DNA from: an uncultured virus (IMG/VR IMGVR_UViG_3300033066_001236)
Taxonomy: Duplodnaviria > Heunggongvirae > Uroviricota > Caudoviricetes
IMG/VR virus record: IMGVR_UViG_3300033066_001236
Length of the DNA: 64,000 nt
Strand: one strand, 5' to 3'
Part shown: in pieces, positions 44,349 to 53,323 of the stretch
How positions within the stretch are numbered: the first letter of the stretch is position 1
Layout of the letters: each line of letters begins with the position of its first letter
Notes under the pieces: generated by a model
What the model saw: only the letters and a program-made list of their open reading frames with translations
What the model was told of the DNA's origin: nothing
Databases searched by the model: none
Position numbers and translations under genes: made by a program

Positions 44349-47237
44349 ATGAGTTACATTAAACCGGCCGTACTAGTTTACCAGGAACTGCTGAATGCTG
44401 GGGGCACGACAAACGCGACTCCCGACCTGGAAGCCTGCATTATAGGCCCCGCGTATAACACTCTGGCCTACGTGCCTGGCAGCGTCACCAGTCAGGTTCT
44501 GACCGCCGCTCAGTCCACAACTACAACCACGGGGTCCATTACTGCTGACGCTCGCCTACTGACGGTTGCTTCCGTAGCCGGTTTGAGTGCAGGTGACGAC
44601 CTGGTAATTGCTGGTGCGGGGGCTTCAGGTGCTAACCTCAAGGCCCTGATTGTTTCGTTCGCTGGAAACGTTATTACCCTGGATACATCGGCCGGTACTA
44701 CAGTTACGAACGCTCTTGTGTCTAAGGCTGGAAAAATAGCCGATGCCACGATCAACAATGCTTTCGACCTGCCTAACCAAAAGCCTGGACAAGTTGTAGA
44801 CGAGGCGAGCATTGAAGTGTGGCTGAGCAACGCGCGTGTTGAAACTGCCGTGACCGGTGCCGAAGCTTACTACACGGATAATACCCTAACCCTTCGTACT
44901 AATGGTACTAACGGAACCTGGTCTACCGGCGGTATCAACGCCGCTTCTGCGACCCTAACTCTGTCCGCTGGTGCAGGTGCTGGTCTTGTGGTGGGCGACA
45001 CGGTGACGGTGGCTGGTGCTGGGACGGCTGGAGCTCTCCTGACCACCAAGATAACAAACATTGTGGGTGACGTACTGACGGTGAGCCCGTCGGCTTCCAC
45101 AACGGTTGTGGGTGCCGCTGTGACCAAGGTAGTGCCGGTTAACCTGAATACCTCCACCAACTCTCTGCGTGCTGAGGCTGGTGATCAGGTAGTTTATGCC
45201 TACACAAACAACAACGCCGTTGCCAAGACGGTAACTACTGCCATTCAATCGGTGACCACCTCGTCTGGTCAAAACGGCACCATCGTAGATATCAACTGCG
45301 TCGACTCCATGCCGCAAGACCTTTCGTTCGTAGCGAGAGGTAGCATGTCTCTGGCTAACAACGTTCTTACGATAGCCGCTGAGTCTTCGAAGACCGTAAC
45401 CGCCATGTCCTGGACCTCAGGAGTGGTGAGCGCGACCGCTACCGCCCACGGTTTCGTGGTAGGGGATGTTGTGACTATAGGTGGGGTAACACCTGCTGGA
45501 TACAACGGAGTTCATGTTGTAACCTCAGTTCCTACCGCTAACACGTTTACTTTTGCCCTGGCTAACAACCCGGGAACAGTAACCGTGCAAGGTACTGCGA
45601 TCTACGGTACCAACACCTCTGGTATGGCTACGGGCGGCAAGGTTTTAGTGTTTGGAGCCGGCACTGCAGGGGCTGACCTAATCGGAACTATAACTAACGT
45701 TTCGGGCCAGAACATTACGCTAGACGTTTCGTCTGGAACCGCTGTGACCAACGTGAAGGTCATTGTGTTCAACCGCACTCTGAATGTGTCGGTTCGCAAG
45801 GTGTATAACAACCAACAAATGCCCGCAGTCAAGCCTATTAGCGGCGGAGCAAACTACAACACCAGCCTGGCCGCAACAGAAGGTGAAGTAACAATTAACG
45901 CTGGATCAGAGCTTTCCTACGGTAAGGTTGTGAGCGCGGACGTGTACTTCGCTTACAGAGCCCTGCGTACGGACCTGGCAAACAGAGTGCTAACCCTAAA
46001 CGACATACTGGATGTTGAAGGACAACTGGGTGTTCTGTCTGACCGTAACCCCCTGGCCCTAGGCTGTCAGCTGGCCCTTGCCAACACTACCGGCCGCGTG
46101 AGAGCCATAGCGGTTTCGAGCAATGACCTGGCTGGTTATCAAGCTGCGTTTGAATACGCAGAAGGGGAACGCCTGTATTTCATCGTGCCCCTAACTCAGG
46201 ACGAAGCGATCATAGCAGCCCTTAAGGCTCACGTTGAACAGCTAAGCACTCCGGCGAACGCCGCCTGGAGAGTAGCCCTGGTTAACACGGCTATCCCGCT
46301 GCAACAGTACATCGGCTCAGCCACGCCGGACGCTCCCAACAGCAATGGCGGCAACAACGCCGTTACTCTAATCTCTGGCAAGTACGTTATAACCTCTTCA
46401 AACTCCACTTTCATAACTGACGGTGTAGCTGCAGGTGACACAGTGTACTTCACCGCCGCCACTCCGAACGGACAAGTCGGTGGACATAAGGTCCTGGAAG
46501 TGGTTTCTAACCAACAACTGGTGCTGCAGACCACTACTCTGTCGACCGGTGTGAGCTTCTACATTTCCCGCTCGATGAGCAAGACCCAAAGCGCTGCTGC
46601 TGTGGCTGCTGCTAGCACCACCTTCGGTAGCCGGAGAGTGTGGCACATACAGCCGGACATCGTTGGAGTGACGATCGACGGAGTGGTTAAGTTTCTGCCA
46701 GGTTACTACCTGTGCTGCGGCTTGGCCGGTATGGGTGCTGGATTTCCGGTTCAACAAGGTTTCACCAATATTGGAGTTGCTGGTATCTCGGATCTGCAAC
46801 ATTCTAACTTCTACTTCTCCAAGGCTGAACTCAATGCCATGGCGGAAGCGGGTACATGTTTGTTCGTCCAGGACACTCAAGGGGGTATCCCTTATGTTCG
46901 TCACGAACTGACAACTGACATGACGGTGCTGGAGTACAGAGAAATTCTGATCGTAAAGAACTGGGACTTCCTGTCCTACTATTACTACGATCGTCTAAAG
47001 GGTTTCATCGGCTCCTGGAACATCACGCCGGATACTCTCAACACGGTGAGACAGACTCTGGTAGCAAGTTCAGAGTTGATGAAGACCAAGAAGCTGCCTA
47101 AGATTGGAGCTCCCCTGCTGAGCTACAAGATCAACAAGCTTGAGCAGAATCAGTACAACAAGGATAACGTCGACGTAGAACTCCAAGTAGGCTTGGTCTA
47201 CCCGTTGAATTACTTGAGCCTGTACCTGATCATATAA
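44349..47237 (+). CDS. tail sheath protein with large inserted beta-rich domains
   Basis: YIKPAVLVYQE start, ACIIGPAY, C-terminal RHELTT...YPLNYLSLYL typical of sheaths. Confidence 0.85.
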   Translation: MSYIKPAVLVYQELLNAGGTTNATPDLEACIIGPAYNTLAYVPGSVTSQVLTAAQSTTTTTGSITADARLLTVASVAGLSAGDDLVIAGAGASGANLKALIVSFAGNVITLDTSAGTTVTNALVSKAGKIADATINNAFDLPNQKPGQVVDEASIEVWLSNARVETAVTGAEAYYTDNTLTLRTNGTNGTWSTGGINAASATLTLSAGAGAGLVVGDTVTVAGAGTAGALLTTKITNIVGDVLTVSPSASTTVVGAAVTKVVPVNLNTSTNSLRAEAGDQVVYAYTNNNAVAKTVTTAIQSVTTSSGQNGTIVDINCVDSMPQDLSFVARGSMSLANNVLTIAAESSKTVTAMSWTSGVVSATATAHGFVVGDVVTIGGVTPAGYNGVHVVTSVPTANTFTFALANNPGTVTVQGTAIYGTNTSGMATGGKVLVFGAGTAGADLIGTITNVSGQNITLDVSSGTAVTNVKVIVFNRTLNVSVRKVYNNQQMPAVKPISGGANYNTSLAATEGEVTINAGSELSYGKVVSADVYFAYRALRTDLANRVLTLNDILDVEGQLGVLSDRNPLALGCQLALANTTGRVRAIAVSSNDLAGYQAAFEYAEGERLYFIVPLTQDEAIIAALKAHVEQLSTPANAAWRVALVNTAIPLQQYIGSATPDAPNSNGGNNAVTLISGKYVITSSNSTFITDGVAAGDTVYFTAATPNGQVGGHKVLEVVSNQQLVLQTTTLSTGVSFYISRSMSKTQSAAAVAAASTTFGSRRVWHIQPDIVGVTIDGVVKFLPGYYLCCGLAGMGAGFPVQQGFTNIGVAGISDLQHSNFYFSKAELNAMAEAGTCLFVQDTQGGIPYVRHELTTDMTVLEYREILIVKNWDFLSYYYYDRLKGFIGSWNITPDTLNTVRQTLVASSELMKTKKLPKIGAPLLSYKINKLEQNQYNKDNVDVELQVGLVYPLNYLSLYLII

Positions 47238-47285
47238 ATCACTGTGCCCGAGACTCTTAGGTATTAACGTTTAAAGGAACAAATT

Positions 47286-47960
47286 ATGGCCGTAAATAAA
47301 GCCGACGACAAACTAGGTACAGTCCGAGAGGCTGGGTATAGCACCGCTTGGGACTTTAAGGGGGAGTATGTCTCTGACCTTAAAGAAGATGGGTACGAGC
47401 GATTTTCGCAGTATTCGGCGACCCCGGATACTACCATTCTATTTGCCGGACCTGCTCGGTTCACGGGTTTAGGCGGTAACACTGCCGATCTGTTACCAAT
47501 CGGGCTGGTAGATGGTATTCAGATGCAGATGTCTCCTCAGCTCCAGCGTTTGTTTGAAATTGGATCAAACCGCAGCTTCTTCACCAGAGGTAAAACCGCT
47601 CCCACGGTTAGCTTCTCCAAGATGCTAGCAGACCAACAGAACATTCTTCGTTCTCTAACCAACAACGCTTACAGACCTGAAATGAACATCGACGGTCCCA
47701 AGGCTCCCGGTGCAGACTCCCCGAACCCGGATATCATGCTGAATCTGGACTCAGAGTACTTCGCAGTTCCTTTCGGCCTGCTATTGGTTATGAAGACTCG
47801 AGGGGGTAACGGCGGTAACGGAAAGATTCTATCAGCCTCGTACCTAGAATACTGCATGTTCAGCGGACTTCAATTCTCCGTGGCTTCTCAAGCTCCGGTG
47901 ATTATGGAGAACGTTGGTATCGAATTCGACCGAGTGGTACCCGTCAGTCTGACCAACTAA
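47286..47960 (+). CDS. tail tube protein
   Basis: follows the sheath; IGLVD, RLFEIGS, YLEYC, IMENVGIEFD. Confidence 0.75.
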   Translation: MAVNKADDKLGTVREAGYSTAWDFKGEYVSDLKEDGYERFSQYSATPDTTILFAGPARFTGLGGNTADLLPIGLVDGIQMQMSPQLQRLFEIGSNRSFFTRGKTAPTVSFSKMLADQQNILRSLTNNAYRPEMNIDGPKAPGADSPNPDIMLNLDSEYFAVPFGLLLVMKTRGGNGGNGKILSASYLEYCMFSGLQFSVASQAPVIMENVGIEFDRVVPVSLTN

Positions 47961-47980
47961 CCCAATTTCATCAACTAGGA

Positions 47981-48018
47981 TAAAATACTCCATGGAGCAA
48001 TCCTTGGAGTATTTTTTT
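47981..48018 (+). terminator. terminator hairpin whose left arm contains the TAAAATA motif
   Basis: AAAATACTCCA...TGGAGTATTTT followed by further T. Confidence 0.7.
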
Positions 48019-48022
48019 ATCT

Positions 48023-49051
48023 ATGACTGTATTTTCCTCTCCGTACCGACATGACCCCAACTACCTGGAGGGGACCGTCACAACAGTAGACTCTCAACGT
48101 TTCGTGTGTTCTATACGAACAATCAAAGGGGCATTTCTGCATGAAGTGGGCTGGTTGATTCCGACTGGAGGTGCGGGCAGCGCGGGAGTTCACGTAGCCC
48201 CGTCCCCTGGAGACCAAGTTGTTATATTCACAGGGTTGACCTATCCAATAATCGTAGGGTGTCTCCCTAAATTAGGGTTGCCCTCAACCAGCCTGTCGTC
48301 GGCTACCGGACAAGGTAAAACCGCCGATACGGGCAATGCGACCAACATGAAGAACGGCTTTACCTCCAACCCCGATAAGCCAGAAGATTTCGTGCAGGGA
48401 GATTTTGTTATTAGTCGGGGGCGAGGCAGTCTCATCGCTATTCTTCGAAATGGCACTTCTATTCTGAAGGCCTCCACTCTAGCGCAAATAGTTGTCTCTC
48501 GATTCAATGACCTGGTTCGAGTCGTGGCTAGGAACTGGGAAAGGTTCTCCGACGTAGGCCAGCAGACCGCTGCTAACGTCAAAGGACGGCTTTATGAATT
48601 CGTGGGGTGGGATAGGAACCTGGTGAGGTCCAAGAACGGCGTATACGAGCTTAAGGACGTGATTGGCGACGTGGCTGCGGGGGAGGTACTACTAGGCGAG
48701 CCAAACCCGTCTACGATCGTTCCAGGGCCCGACAGTCGGGTCCGCAAGTACTGGCTAACGGACCATGCAGGGAATACTCGTATGATCGAAACTCTGGAGG
48801 AAAACGGGACGGTCACTTTCAGGATTCAAGACGTTCCAAACACCAGCTTCTCAACGGAAACCAGTACCACTGCCACTAAGACAACTAGAGTACAATCTCC
48901 GTCTTCTTTCTCTGAAATTACTATAACCCCAGCGGCGATAACCCTTAACCACAACGGGGCCGGAACTACGGTTCTAGATTCAGCAGGAATAAGATCTAAC
49001 TTCTCAGGTCATTTCGTTAATATCGACTCCTCCGGCGTTCACATGGGTTGA
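48023..49051 (+). CDS. probable baseplate spike (gp5/gpV-like)
   Basis: N-terminal GTVTTVD...PSPGDQVVI..YPIIVG OB-fold signature; beta-strand-rich C-terminus. Confidence 0.65.
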   Translation: MTVFSSPYRHDPNYLEGTVTTVDSQRFVCSIRTIKGAFLHEVGWLIPTGGAGSAGVHVAPSPGDQVVIFTGLTYPIIVGCLPKLGLPSTSLSSATGQGKTADTGNATNMKNGFTSNPDKPEDFVQGDFVISRGRGSLIAILRNGTSILKASTLAQIVVSRFNDLVRVVARNWERFSDVGQQTAANVKGRLYEFVGWDRNLVRSKNGVYELKDVIGDVAAGEVLLGEPNPSTIVPGPDSRVRKYWLTDHAGNTRMIETLEENGTVTFRIQDVPNTSFSTETSTTATKTTRVQSPSSFSEITITPAAITLNHNGAGTTVLDSAGIRSNFSGHFVNIDSSGVHMG

Positions 49052-49063
49052 CCTTCAAGAGGC

Positions 49064-49297
49064 TAAAAAGAGCCTCCCTTTCGGGAGACGCTTCCTTTCG
49101 ATCTTATTTGGTAGGTTTGTCGTCCGCGATCAAGCTGGCCTTCGTCCAACATTGATTCTTATAGGTAGTAGAGACACTCAAGAACTTCTCCCGGTTGAAG
49201 TCGAGTGGACCCCCTTGGGTAGGGGGCATACCGGGCCGTCTGCATTACTGCGCTTCTCGCCCTCTCTGTGACTAAGCGTGCTCCTCTTACGCTGTCA
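49064..49297 (-). ncRNA. structured ncRNA downstream of the RT, with its own promoter and terminator
   Basis: promoter 49303-49311; several nested helices; terminator GTCTCCC-GAAA-GGGAGGC followed by T-rich run. Confidence 0.65.
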
Positions 49298-49302
49298 TAT
49301 TA

Positions 49303-49311
49303 CTTATACCA
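49303..49311 (-). promoter_or_regulatory. TGGTATAAG promoter with no long ORF downstream
   Basis: exact motif ~15 nt after the RT stop. Confidence 0.7.
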
Positions 49312-49325
49312 AATTATCCCTTGCA

Positions 49326-50465
49326 TCACCAAGGGACCTCTTGAGAGGTTGCTGCCTCTGTGGGGGTCGATAAATCCTTATTGTTTGCTACAGCTTGTTG
49401 TAATTGTTGTGAAGTAGACGCTAGCGTTACAAAAGTCTCTTTAAGCTTTTGGTCCGCTAGTGCAAGTTTGAGCTTACCTGAATACTTGGCACCTAGTGGG
49501 CCATTTAACTGCTGCATCCAGTTGAGCTTACCTGCTATGTGACTCGCAAAGAGTCCGGGCTCTAGCCCACTCTTCTGCGCCTCGGTCTCGAGCCCGTGGA
49601 CACCGATGTTGTGGACTATAGCTCTGAGTCGTTGCCGTTCTCTCTTCAGCAAATTGGTTTTCTTGTTTACCACTACGCCGCAGACGTATTGTCTACGGTT
49701 GGCCTTCATCACCTTCGTCTTCTGGTGATTTACTCGAAATCCAGTTGAGGTAATTGCCTCTCGGATTACTGCCAGTACCTCGCCAACATTGAGGGCGGGG
49801 TTGTTGCTGGATACCGTGACGTCATCCGCATAGACGCTTAGCGTCAGGTTATTTGCGTCACAATACGATTTGAGTATAGGGCCGAATGTCAATGCCGTTA
49901 TGAGGTTGGCCAGCTTGGGACTGGTCAGGGCACCCTGAGGCATGAACGCCTTGAAGGTGCAAAGTTCTGACAGTGTTCTGGCGGGTTTTTCGGCGAACCC
50001 CCAGCCCAGGAAAGCAGCGTTAAGTCTGTCTTGCTTAATGCTGTGGAAGAAATCCTTTATGTCAACGCTAAGGATTACTTGTTTCTCTACATGCAGTTGC
50101 GCCATTTGAGGGATCGACTTGTTCTTCTCAAACGCGTATATGTAGTCCGGGATCTCAATCTTTTCTAGGATGTTTTTTAGTATCCTATATTGGACAATCC
50201 GCATTAAGGAGTCCGGATTGTGCAAGTGCCGATAGGTCCCATTCTTCTTCTTGATCGATAGTAGCGAGTAGTGCTTCTGTTTGTCTAGTGCAAGCCAGGT
50301 CAGCATCTTTGCGCTCTTGAGCTTCAAGATCGTCGCTAGTTCCTGGTTTGTCTCCACCGAGAACGGCCGGTTTGGCTGGCTCGGGGAGAGTGCTGGAGTC
50401 GACAGAGCTGGTAGTAGTAGTTGTGGTTCCGCCGTTATCGCTATTTCTGTATTGTGTGCTGACAT
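49326..50465 (-). CDS. retron-type reverse transcriptase
   Basis: IKKKNG..R, MAQLH (NAxxH-like region X), DIKDFFHSI, PQGALTSP, YADD, VCG (VTG-like region Y). Confidence 0.9.
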   Translation of the reverse strand: MSAHNTEIAITAEPQLLLPALSTPALSPSQPNRPFSVETNQELATILKLKSAKMLTWLALDKQKHYSLLSIKKKNGTYRHLHNPDSLMRIVQYRILKNILEKIEIPDYIYAFEKNKSIPQMAQLHVEKQVILSVDIKDFFHSIKQDRLNAAFLGWGFAEKPARTLSELCTFKAFMPQGALTSPKLANLITALTFGPILKSYCDANNLTLSVYADDVTVSSNNPALNVGEVLAVIREAITSTGFRVNHQKTKVMKANRRQYVCGVVVNKKTNLLKRERQRLRAIVHNIGVHGLETEAQKSGLEPGLFASHIAGKLNWMQQLNGPLGAKYSGKLKLALADQKLKETFVTLASTSQQLQQAVANNKDLSTPTEAATSQEVPW

Positions 50466-50697
50466 TCACTCTTCCTCTTAGGTAATCGCTGATTTCTAGT
50501 CTGTATAGGTTTCCATTGTAGGTTACGTATCCTGTTACGGGGTCAGGGGGTAATCCATGGATATCTACAAACGGTCCTCGTCTCTCACCTAATTTGACTT
50601 TGTAGTAGTCAAAGCCTGAACCTTGCTGAATCGCTATCGTGTTGGCTGTAGCCTCCAACGTGGGTTTCGATAATTTTGGTCCTGCGACCGTAGTCAT
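50185..50697 (-). CDS. 170-aa ORF overlapping the RT 5' end by 281 nt
   Basis: SD AAAGG; globular-looking N half; acidic tail in another frame over the RT. Confidence 0.6.
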   Translation of the reverse strand: MTTVAGPKLSKPTLEATANTIAIQQGSGFDYYKVKLGERRGPFVDIHGLPPDPVTGYVTYNGNLYRLEISDYLRGRVNVSTQYRNSDNGGTTTTTTSSVDSSTLPEPAKPAVLGGDKPGTSDDLEAQERKDADLACTRQTEALLATIDQEEEWDLSALAQSGLLNADCPI

Positions 50698-50713
50698 GAA
50701 TGCCTTTCTTCTC

Positions 50714-50830
50714 TTACGCCCCAGCCGGTGCGGTCTGGGCTGCGTCGTATGCGTTGGTAATGTGGGTCAACACTTGAATTACCACTGTTAGCACACGGAT
50801 TGCGGTCTTGAGAAAATTAAAAAACGCCAT
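50714..50830 (-). CDS. 38-aa peptide (MAFFNFLKTAIRVLTVVIQVLTHITNAYDAAQTAPAGA), not in the ORF track
   Basis: SD AAGGGAG; downstream of promoter 50895-50903 and a leader hairpin. Confidence 0.55.
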   Translation of the reverse strand: MAFFNFLKTAIRVLTVVIQVLTHITNAYDAAQTAPAGA

Positions 50831-50925
50831 GGTAGGAGCTCCCTTAGTTATTTATGTAATGATCCAAACTCCGAGTGAGTTCTAGATCATAGTAGTTATA
50901 CCAAAAAAGAAAAACTTCTTTACCT

Positions 50926-50961
50926 AAAAAGAAAGGGGATTTGTAAGATCCTCTTTCTTTT
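50926..50961. terminator. bidirectional terminator ending the paralogue array
   Basis: AAAAAGAAAGGGGAT-loop-ATCCTCTTTCTTTT. Confidence 0.8.
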
Positions 50962-50970
50962 GTAGGAAGG

Positions 50971-51468
50971 TTACTTGGGATATTCCGGGATCACCTCGAT
51001 GGCTTTTTCCAGAACGTCGGCTATCTGGCTGAACGAGAGTTCGAGACTGTCGTTAAGGTAGGCCAAGCTCACGAGATGTCTGAGTTCTTTTGGACCTTTT
51101 CGAAAGGTAATTATTTTGTACTTAATGCGATGCCAGAGGGGAAGGTGCTTTACCAACACACGGGGGCTGGTGGTAGACGACGAAATCCGTTCTGCCAAAC
51201 CCCAGGGCAAAACCAGGTAGTTTCGGTCTCCAGGTGCTGAGTAGTTTCCTCCGCAAAACATGAAGACACCGTCAAAACCAGAGCGGTCTGCAACCAGTTC
51301 CTTCCGGATCACCCCCTTCTTGGCCTGCAAGTCACAGAAAACTCCCAAGCAGCAGAACCGAAACTGACCGTCCGGGGCTTGCTTTGCAAGGGCTCCGTGA
51401 CCCTGTTCGTACTCACCGTTGCGCAAAGCAGCGATCCACTCACTCTTGTCTTCCAAAGTCATTTTCAT
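50971..51468 (-). CDS. WxAALR/CCLGV paralogue 6
   Basis: EWIAALRNG..QG, CCLGVFCDL, LND..F..IADVLE. Confidence 0.85.
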   Translation of the reverse strand: MKMTLEDKSEWIAALRNGEYEQGHGALAKQAPDGQFRFCCLGVFCDLQAKKGVIRKELVADRSGFDGVFMFCGGNYSAPGDRNYLVLPWGLAERISSSTTSPRVLVKHLPLWHRIKYKIITFRKGPKELRHLVSLAYLNDSLELSFSQIADVLEKAIEVIPEYPK

Positions 51469-51492
51469 ATCAGGCCTCTCTCGGGGTAGGGA

Positions 51493-51966
51493 CTAAGGGG
51501 GATATTCCAGGATTACCTCAACGGCTTTTTCCAGGACGTCAGCTATTTCGTCGAAAGACAGTCCTAGATTATCGTTGAGATAGGGTAGGGTTAGAGGGTC
51601 CGAATCCGTAACTGCAGACATGCGCTTAGAGTGCAGTTCCTGATGTTTTGGGGAAAGGGCTGATACCGGGACTATCGGAGAGCAGTCAGTGTCAAGCCTT
51701 CTTGCCAAGAAAATCGGCAACTCAATTGTGCTGAAGTCCCCGTAGACTGTTGTTCGACCGAACGAAAAGACAGTGATTTTGTCGTGCTTTATTAAGGGGG
51801 TTTTTTTAAGTAGCCCCTTCTTGGCTTGTAGATCGCAGAAAACTCCCAGGCAACAAGAGGTGGTAACCCCCCCTTCAGTTTTCATGAGAACCTCCTGCCC
51901 TTGAATGTAGTCACCGCTTCTCAGGGCAGCGATCCACTCATTCTTGTCTTCTAATGTCATTTTCAT
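51493..51966 (-). CDS. WxAALR/CCLGV paralogue 5
   Basis: same motifs. Confidence 0.85.
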   Translation of the reverse strand: MKMTLEDKNEWIAALRSGDYIQGQEVLMKTEGGVTTSCCLGVFCDLQAKKGLLKKTPLIKHDKITVFSFGRTTVYGDFSTIELPIFLARRLDTDCSPIVPVSALSPKHQELHSKRMSAVTDSDPLTLPYLNDNLGLSFDEIADVLEKAVEVILEYPP

Positions 51967-51976
51967 GATTTAGTCC

Positions 51977-52372
51977 TCAGGTTGAATAGGAAGGAATGAT
52001 CTCAACGTACTTTTCGATAACGTCAGCGATGACTGAGAAGGGAATACCCCTGTCGTTAATTCGAGAAAGTTGAGAGTACTTATCCACCTTCGGCAGTAGT
52101 ACAAACGAAGTGGTTTTAAACCGCTTCATCAGTAACATAGGTAAGCCAACGGCTGACCCGTCTGTGGGGTTCTTGGGATCAAAGAACCGAACTTGATTAC
52201 CGACGGCCTCCTTACCCAGTAGGCCCTTCGCTGTGTAAAGGTCGCAAAGAACCCCTAGACAGCAGGCTTCACCCGTTCCCGTTTGCATCAGACGTTTTCT
52301 TCCCTGCTTGTACTTGCCAGAGCGAAGCGCGGCAACCCACTCGTCGCGATCTTCTCGAGTCATTTGTATCAT
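51977..52372 (-). CDS. WxAALR/CCLGV paralogue 4
   Basis: same motifs. Confidence 0.85.
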   Translation of the reverse strand: MIQMTREDRDEWVAALRSGKYKQGRKRLMQTGTGEACCLGVLCDLYTAKGLLGKEAVGNQVRFFDPKNPTDGSAVGLPMLLMKRFKTTSFVLLPKVDKYSQLSRINDRGIPFSVIADVIEKYVEIIPSYST

Positions 52373-52379
52373 AAGTACC

Positions 52380-52775
52380 TCAGAATGAGTAGGATGGGAC
52401 GATCTCGACCTGATCTTCGATAAGGTCAGCTATAGCCGGGAAAGATAACTTGACTACGTCGTTGAGATCGATTAAGGTCGTTAGCCGGCTCTTGTACAAA
52501 ATATCGACGCCGGACAAGCAGCGGAACCTTTGCTGAAGAATCGCTGGTAAAGCCGCAGAAGAGCCCCCTCCGTCATTGCTAGGATCGTAGAACCGTGCTT
52601 GGAATAAGGGCGTGTCTTTTTTTACCACACCTTTTGCGGCTTGGAGATCACACAACACGCCTAGGCAACACGCGGTGTTAGACCGAGGTATCAACAAACA
52701 GCCGCGTCCTTGCTGGTATTTTCCAGAACGCAACGCTGCGACCCACTCGTCGCGGTCTTCTTGAGTCATTTTCAT
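52380..52775 (-). CDS. WxAALR/CCLGV paralogue 3
   Basis: same motifs. Confidence 0.85.
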   Translation of the reverse strand: MKMTQEDRDEWVAALRSGKYQQGRGCLLIPRSNTACCLGVLCDLQAAKGVVKKDTPLFQARFYDPSNDGGGSSAALPAILQQRFRCLSGVDILYKSRLTTLIDLNDVVKLSFPAIADLIEDQVEIVPSYSF

Positions 52776-53314
52776 GGTTGATTCTCCGTAGGCTCAAGCA
52801 GGTAAGAGGGGACAATCCCCACAACCCTCTCGACAACGTCGGCGATCTCCGGGAAGGACAAGCCGAGAGCATCATTAAGGAAACTGAAGCTGAAGCTAAA
52901 GATGTTGGCAGAAGACCGGCGAGGGTTAAGGAAGTAACCTTTTAGTCTTGTGGGGGACACCTCCGCTATCACTTTAGCGGGAATAAAGTTGGGAACAGTG
53001 ACGCTAAACCTGAGTTCCATCGAGTAAGGTAAAACCCCCGAGTTGGAATCATTCCCAAGCAATGCATTCTCAAAGGCATACCAGCCCTTGGAGTAAAGGG
53101 GGAGGCCGTCGAAGTCCCATTGAGAATTGTTTCGAAGGACCTCGCCCTTCCGCAGTATTCCCTTCTTGGCCTGAAGATCACATAGAACCCCCAGGCAACA
53201 AGCCTCTACAGACCCGTCGCCCAACAGAGTCATTAATCGGCCCTTTCCCTGTTTGTAGGAGCCGTCTCTTAGAGCGGCAACCCACTCGTCTCGGTCTTCT
53301 TGAGTCATTTTCAT
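52772..53314 (-). CDS. WxAALR/CCLGV paralogue 2
   Basis: same motifs. Confidence 0.85.
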   Translation of the reverse strand: MKMTQEDRDEWVAALRDGSYKQGKGRLMTLLGDGSVEACCLGVLCDLQAKKGILRKGEVLRNNSQWDFDGLPLYSKGWYAFENALLGNDSNSGVLPYSMELRFSVTVPNFIPAKVIAEVSPTRLKGYFLNPRRSSANIFSFSFSFLNDALGLSFPEIADVVERVVGIVPSYLLEPTENQP

Positions 53315-53323
53315 GATGGGTCC

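Noticed and set aside
44510..46904. Multiple minus-strand ORFs over the sheath gene
   Set aside because: Antisense shadows of Thr/Ala/Val-rich sequence
49104..49229. 41-aa ORF (MPPTQGGPLDF...) as the purpose of the RT-downstream transcript
   Set aside because: No SD, and the start codon abuts a GC hairpin; not called as a CDS, though not fully excluded
49064..50903. Group II intron
   Set aside because: No maturase X or endonuclease domain, no domain V or GUGYG boundary seen, and no interrupted host gene
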